Below are positions 59,759 through 64,000 of a DNA stretch of 64,000 bases, one piece after another. Each line of letters starts with the position of its first letter. Position 1 is the stretch's first letter. The notes under the pieces were generated by a model. The model searched no databases and had not been told where the DNA came from. It saw only the letters and a program-made list of their open reading frames with translations. This DNA comes from an uncultured archaeon (lineage in GTDB: Archaea; Asgardarchaeota; Lokiarchaeia; Sigyniarchaeales; SOKP01): the NCBI GenBank assembly GCA_964508365.1, contig CAZDTP010000005.1, positions 32,001 to 96,000 of the forward strand, written 5' to 3'. Position numbers and translations under genes: made by a program.

Positions 59759-60766
59759 ATGTCAGAAGTTAATTTAATTAACGTAATTGTTGGAATAATT
59801 CTTGCTTTAATCACTACTTTTTGTTTTAATATAGGAATTGTTTATCAAAAAAGGGGTTTGAAAGAAGCTGCAGTGAAGGGCATTGAGATAAAAACTGAAG
59901 AAGGCTTTATCAACGTAATAAAAACTTTTTTGAAGTTATTTAAAATTAGGCCATGGTTAATTGGTGCGATTTTAGGAGTCGTAGGTTGGTTTCCGTATAT
60001 CATTTCTATTGGACTGGTTGGAGTTCTAGTTACAGAACCTGTAATGGCGACCGGTTTTATATTTTTTGTATTTGCAGCTATGAAAATATTAAACGAAAGA
60101 GTAGGCATTATCGAATACATTGCAATAGGAATATTAACGGTTTCGCCAATTCTCATTGGACTCGCCGGGATATCCGATGTTGATCTAAATCTGTACGAGT
60201 TTGTGCCTTCCCTTATTCTATTTTTAATAGTATCGCTTTCGCTCAGCATTATATCTTTGACAATCGCAAGGAAAAATAGAGGGAAGAGCTCTGAGGGACT
60301 CTTTATAATGTTTGGAGGCGCTATCCTTTTCGCTCTCGGAGGATCTGCTACAAACATATTAGCACAAGCGTTAATTCAGACAGGCGAAGGTTTTCAATGG
60401 TATACTTTATTCCAATTACCTTTTGGCATATTCTGGTTTATTTTTGGAGGAAACTACGCTGTTTTATGGGTATTTTTAGGATTTTGGATGATGGCTATTT
60501 TTAATCTTAGTAGTCTTCCGTATTATCAAGGTGGATTCCAAAAAGGGAAAATTCTTATAATGTATCCAATATTAGATTCAATTGCTTTACTCTTTCCCAT
60601 TTTTGCGGGTATTTTTGTATTCAAGCAAACTTTTGCGAATTTTCCGTTATTCTTTATTGCTTTACTCCTTACAGTTTTTGCGACAATAGTTCTAAGTAAG
60701 TATCAAGTAGCAGTTGAAGAGATGGGCACTGTTCGTAACCCAACTAAAGAAAATGTAGATAGCTAA
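59759..60766 (+). CDS. DMT-superfamily (NIPA-like) transporter
   Basis: FNIGIVYQKRG, PWLIG, LVTEP; about nine TM. Confidence 0.65.
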   Translation: MSEVNLINVIVGIILALITTFCFNIGIVYQKRGLKEAAVKGIEIKTEEGFINVIKTFLKLFKIRPWLIGAILGVVGWFPYIISIGLVGVLVTEPVMATGFIFFVFAAMKILNERVGIIEYIAIGILTVSPILIGLAGISDVDLNLYEFVPSLILFLIVSLSLSIISLTIARKNRGKSSEGLFIMFGGAILFALGGSATNILAQALIQTGEGFQWYTLFQLPFGIFWFIFGGNYAVLWVFLGFWMMAIFNLSSLPYYQGGFQKGKILIMYPILDSIALLFPIFAGIFVFKQTFANFPLFFIALLLTVFATIVLSKYQVAVEEMGTVRNPTKENVDS

Positions 60767-60958
60767 TCAGACATCTCCATAAAATCGGGCTGATATTACT
60801 GTTATTTTCTATTTTAAAATAATTCTACTAAAATAAAATTATTAAATTGACAATTTTTCAATCAATGTAATATATCAAATAGTAATTAATCAGAAAAAAT
60901 TAACGAAATATCTTTTCAATAGTTCCTATTATAGTTAGTTTTAATAGAAAGTCAATTA

Positions 60959-61342
60959 TTAGTTTGATTTTGTTTTGAGGATATTTTTAATGTAAGCTAA
61001 AATTTCATTACCAGAAACAGCTTTGACCAAGTAACCATCAGCTCCTAATTCCTTACCTTTTTGAATATCTTCAAAAAAATTTTTCACAGAAAATAAAACT
61101 ACAAGAATATTAGGATATCGTGATTTGATTTCCGTTAATATTTCATATCCGTTCCTTCCAGGAAGCATAATATCAAGCAAAATAAGCGCTATGTCGTCAT
61201 GTTTTTCTTCTACTATATCTAACGCATCGTATCCATTACTACAAGTAATTGTTTCATATTTCTCCAATTGCAAAAACTTTTCAGTCAAATGTGTAATATC
61301 TTCCTCGTCGTCAACTATTAAAATCTTTTTTATTAATGACAT
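60959..61342 (-). CDS. Stand-alone response regulator receiver
   Basis: ILIVDDE, LLDIMLP (phospho-Asp), GADGYLVK. Confidence 0.92.
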   Translation of the reverse strand: MSLIKKILIVDDEEDITHLTEKFLQLEKYETITCSNGYDALDIVEEKHDDIALILLDIMLPGRNGYEILTEIKSRYPNILVVLFSVKNFFEDIQKGKELGADGYLVKAVSGNEILAYIKNILKTKSN

Positions 61343-61576
61343 TGAAACGCTAATTTCAGATAAATCTAATTTTTATTTAAAATTCTTAAAATTTAATCTT
61401 TTTTTAATAACTACCTAATATTGTTTCATTTTAGTTATATAAAAAGTATATATAATTCGCAGGTTTTGATCCCTAGGCTCGATCAATTTTTTTATTTAAA
61501 AAGGGATTGAATCCTTGTGATTAAGCATTAAGAGATGTTATAAAAGTCCGATAATTGAACTAATAATCAATAAAAC

Positions 61577-61957
61577 TTAATTATTTAATATTTTCTTTAC
61601 ATAAGATCGAAGCTCGTTTCCTGAAAATGGTTTAGTTACATAACCATCTGCACCTAATTCCTTTCCTTTTTCTATATCTTCCTTAAAACTCTTAACTGTA
61701 AAAAGAATTACTTTAACATTTTTATAGGAATCCTTCGATCTAATGGTTCTCAGAACTTCAAATCCGCTGAGCGCTGGCATCATAACATCTAACAATATTA
61801 ATAAGATTTCATCATATCTTTCTTCTAGAATTTTTAATGCTTCTTTACCGTTACTACATGTAAGGGTATTGTAATTATCAAGCTGTAAAAATTTTTGAAC
61901 GAGACTAACTATATCAGGCTCATCATCACAAATAAGAATAGAATTTTTATCTGACAT
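61577..61957 (-). CDS. Stand-alone response regulator receiver
   Basis: ILICDDE, LLDVMMP, GADGYVTKPF. Confidence 0.93.
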   Translation of the reverse strand: MSDKNSILICDDEPDIVSLVQKFLQLDNYNTLTCSNGKEALKILEERYDEILLILLDVMMPALSGFEVLRTIRSKDSYKNVKVILFTVKSFKEDIEKGKELGADGYVTKPFSGNELRSYVKKILNN

Positions 61958-62070
61958 ATTAAATCTTAATTCCTTTTTTTAATCACTAATATTAAATTTC
62001 GTTTAAATATATCAATTTATTTAACTAATTTATATGTATACTTTTTACTATTCTTAATTAAAATTCAATT

Positions 62071-62727
62071 ATGTCAAATCACGATAGCACTCCGAAGTTC
62101 CCTGACTCTTATCTTGGGAATAATTCCCTAGACTATGATTCATCAATATGGATGGAGAGAAATCAAAAAAAAACTACACTCCTTTGTTTACAATATTTGT
62201 ATGATGAAAGATTAGATAATCTAGAGAAACCGGATTTTTTAAAAGATGAATCTTTTTTCATTATTGATTTAGGCTGTGGAACTGGTTTTTCCACTGAGAT
62301 TTTAATAGAGAGAGGTTTTAGAGTAGTTGGAGTCGATGTCTTACACGACATGCTTTCAAAAGTGAAACCTAAGAAGAATCATATGAACAATCAAAACAAC
62401 CTCGAGCTCATTTTAGCAGATATAAACTATATACCCTTAAGAGGTTCCTCAATTAATCACGCAATTTCTATCTCAGCCTACAATTTCATCACCCATAGAG
62501 CAGAGTCGATTCGAGACAAAACGAAAATTACAAATAATACCGCAGAATATTTGTATAAAATATTAAAACCAGATGGAAGAATTATAATCGAATTTTACCC
62601 TAAAGACGAAAATGAGCTGGAAATGTTTACTTCATCATTTAACAATAATGGGTTTAATGGGTTTGTCATCAAACAGAATCCTAATCAAAAATCAGGACAG
62701 ACTTTCTTATTGCTAAAAAAGCGGTGA
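62071..62727 (+). CDS. Class I SAM methyltransferase, Bud23/WBSCR22-like
   Basis: IDLGCGTGFS, VGVDV..DML, IPLRGSSINHAISISA, EFYPKDENE. Confidence 0.75.
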   Translation: MSNHDSTPKFPDSYLGNNSLDYDSSIWMERNQKKTTLLCLQYLYDERLDNLEKPDFLKDESFFIIDLGCGTGFSTEILIERGFRVVGVDVLHDMLSKVKPKKNHMNNQNNLELILADINYIPLRGSSINHAISISAYNFITHRAESIRDKTKITNNTAEYLYKILKPDGRIIIEFYPKDENELEMFTSSFNNNGFNGFVIKQNPNQKSGQTFLLLKKR

Positions 62728-62733
62728 TTAAAT

Positions 62734-63831
62734 ATAGGAACATGTAAATTTTGCGGTAGCTCTGACAAAACCATTTCAAATATACTCAATACATGTAGGA
62801 ATTGCATTATTAACAACAATTGGAATTTAATTAAACCACACATCTTAGATGTTCATAAACAAGTTAGAAAGTTAGTGGAATTACCATCTACACCCCCAAG
62901 AGCAAGTAAAAATGAACTAAAGTTGAAATGCAACTTCTGTATTAACGAATGTGCGTTATCTGAAAACGATATTAGTTATTGTGGGTTGCGAAATATTAGC
63001 AAAAATAAAAGTGGGAAACTACCATTACCTTCGAAACAAAAAGGATATATGCATGGTTACCTCGATCCGATACCTACCAATTGTTGTAACGCATGGTTTT
63101 GTTCTGCCGATAACAATACTTATTCTTACGCAGCTTTTCTATATGGCTGCTCATTTGACTGTCTTTTTTGTCAGAATGCATCTCATAAACATTTTTCTAA
63201 TTATAACTTAACTGATGTTGAACTTATAGCGAATAAAATATATATGAATAAAAAAATTACCTGTATATGCTATTTTGGTGGCACACCAGAAGTACAACTA
63301 CCTTTTACAATTAATTTAGCTAATTTAATTATTGAGAAGATTGAGAAGGAAGATATTTCACGAAAATTTAGAATATGCTGGGAATGGAATGGAACTGGGA
63401 ATACGGGTTTGGTTGAGGAATGCATGAGAATTGCAATTAGTTCCGGAGGTAATATTAAGTTCGATTTAAAAGCATTTAGCGAAAAGTTAAATATAGCATT
63501 ATGTGGAATAAGCAATAGGCGAACGCTGGAAAATTTTCGATACTTGGGGGAAGAATATTTTGGTAAGCGAAATAATGATGTACCAGTAATGAGTGCCTGT
63601 ACTTTATTAGTTCCAGGGTATGTAAACCACGAAGAGATTAGTCTGATTGCAAAATTTATTAGTGATATTGACATAAACATACCTTATAGCCTGTTAATCT
63701 TCCATCCTGATTACCAGATGAAGGATTTACCTATAACACCTCGAAAACAGGTAGATCAGTGTATCAACGCTGCAAAGAAATATCTAAACAGAGTTAATTT
63801 AGGAAATAAGTTTCTACTAGGATTCTCGTAA
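62734..63831 (+). CDS. Radical SAM protein (PflA / pyruvate-formate-lyase-activating-like)
   Basis: CSFDCLFC (CxxxCxxC), CNFCINEC, NCCNAWFC. Frame stays open upstream of the track start to 62728 and encodes GTCKFC...TCRNC; 62734 (ATA) is an inferred start. Confidence 0.8.
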   Translation: MGTCKFCGSSDKTISNILNTCRNCIINNNWNLIKPHILDVHKQVRKLVELPSTPPRASKNELKLKCNFCINECALSENDISYCGLRNISKNKSGKLPLPSKQKGYMHGYLDPIPTNCCNAWFCSADNNTYSYAAFLYGCSFDCLFCQNASHKHFSNYNLTDVELIANKIYMNKKITCICYFGGTPEVQLPFTINLANLIIEKIEKEDISRKFRICWEWNGTGNTGLVEECMRIAISSGGNIKFDLKAFSEKLNIALCGISNRRTLENFRYLGEEYFGKRNNDVPVMSACTLLVPGYVNHEEISLIAKFISDIDINIPYSLLIFHPDYQMKDLPITPRKQVDQCINAAKKYLNRVNLGNKFLLGFS

Positions 63832-64000
63832 TTTTCTTTAAAATTTCCATAATATTCTATAAATTTAAGTCAATTTTTAGAGATTTTTCCAATTTTACGA
63901 CTACTTTTCTTTCAATAACAATCATTAATAGTAAAACAACATTTTTGTATAAATATTATAGGAAAAAAAATGGGATAGAAAAATGAAGAGAGTCCAGACC

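Noticed and set aside
59759-60766. NIPA-like transporter as a eukaryotic signature protein
   Set aside because: Similar DMT proteins are widespread in bacteria; no eukaryote-specific feature seen
61458-61480. ggttttgatccc resembling a tRNA T-arm
   Set aside because: No acceptor, D or anticodon arms can be built around it
4985-62351. Many 60-170 aa track ORFs antisense to or out of frame within long genes (e.g. 4985, 12565, 17943, 26686, 32768, 50682, 59845)
   Set aside because: They overlap well-supported genes and have no motifs; shadow ORFs
1-64000. rRNA, tRNA, CRISPR array, transposase or integrase
   Set aside because: No long GC-rich structured block, regularly spaced repeats or recombinase motifs recognised; very short or intron-split tRNAs could be missed without a covariance search

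Overview
AT-rich (roughly 30% GC by eye) archaeal chromosome segment. It is most consistent with an Asgard archaeon of the Lokiarchaeia/Promethearchaeota type, given a Rab-like GTPase, a longin-like protein, HEAT and LRR proteins and many small Zn fingers; this is inferred from gene content. About 55 CDS encode sugar and sulfate-ester catabolism, fatty-acyl-CoA metabolism, and a loose glutamine/glutamate neighbourhood (pyrG, carAB, glnA, Lrp, FMN glutamate synthase, guaA, two gdh). I recognised no rRNA, tRNA, CRISPR array or intact mobile element. Main findings: (1) the same small Zn-finger family sits directly upstream of both glnA and the glutamate synthase gene; (2) an unannotated 48-codon ORF has an in-frame TGA in a CxxU motif, followed by a long hairpin (selenoprotein candidate); (3) a methyltransferase matches eukaryotic Bud23/WBSCR22 along its length; (4) a stand-alone C4C4 RING finger has CNOT4-like spacing; (5) a decayed 63-bp copy of the carB 3' end brackets a probably inserted gene; (6) of two tandem GDH paralogs, the first has degenerate motifs. 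All family calls come from motif recognition, not database searches.
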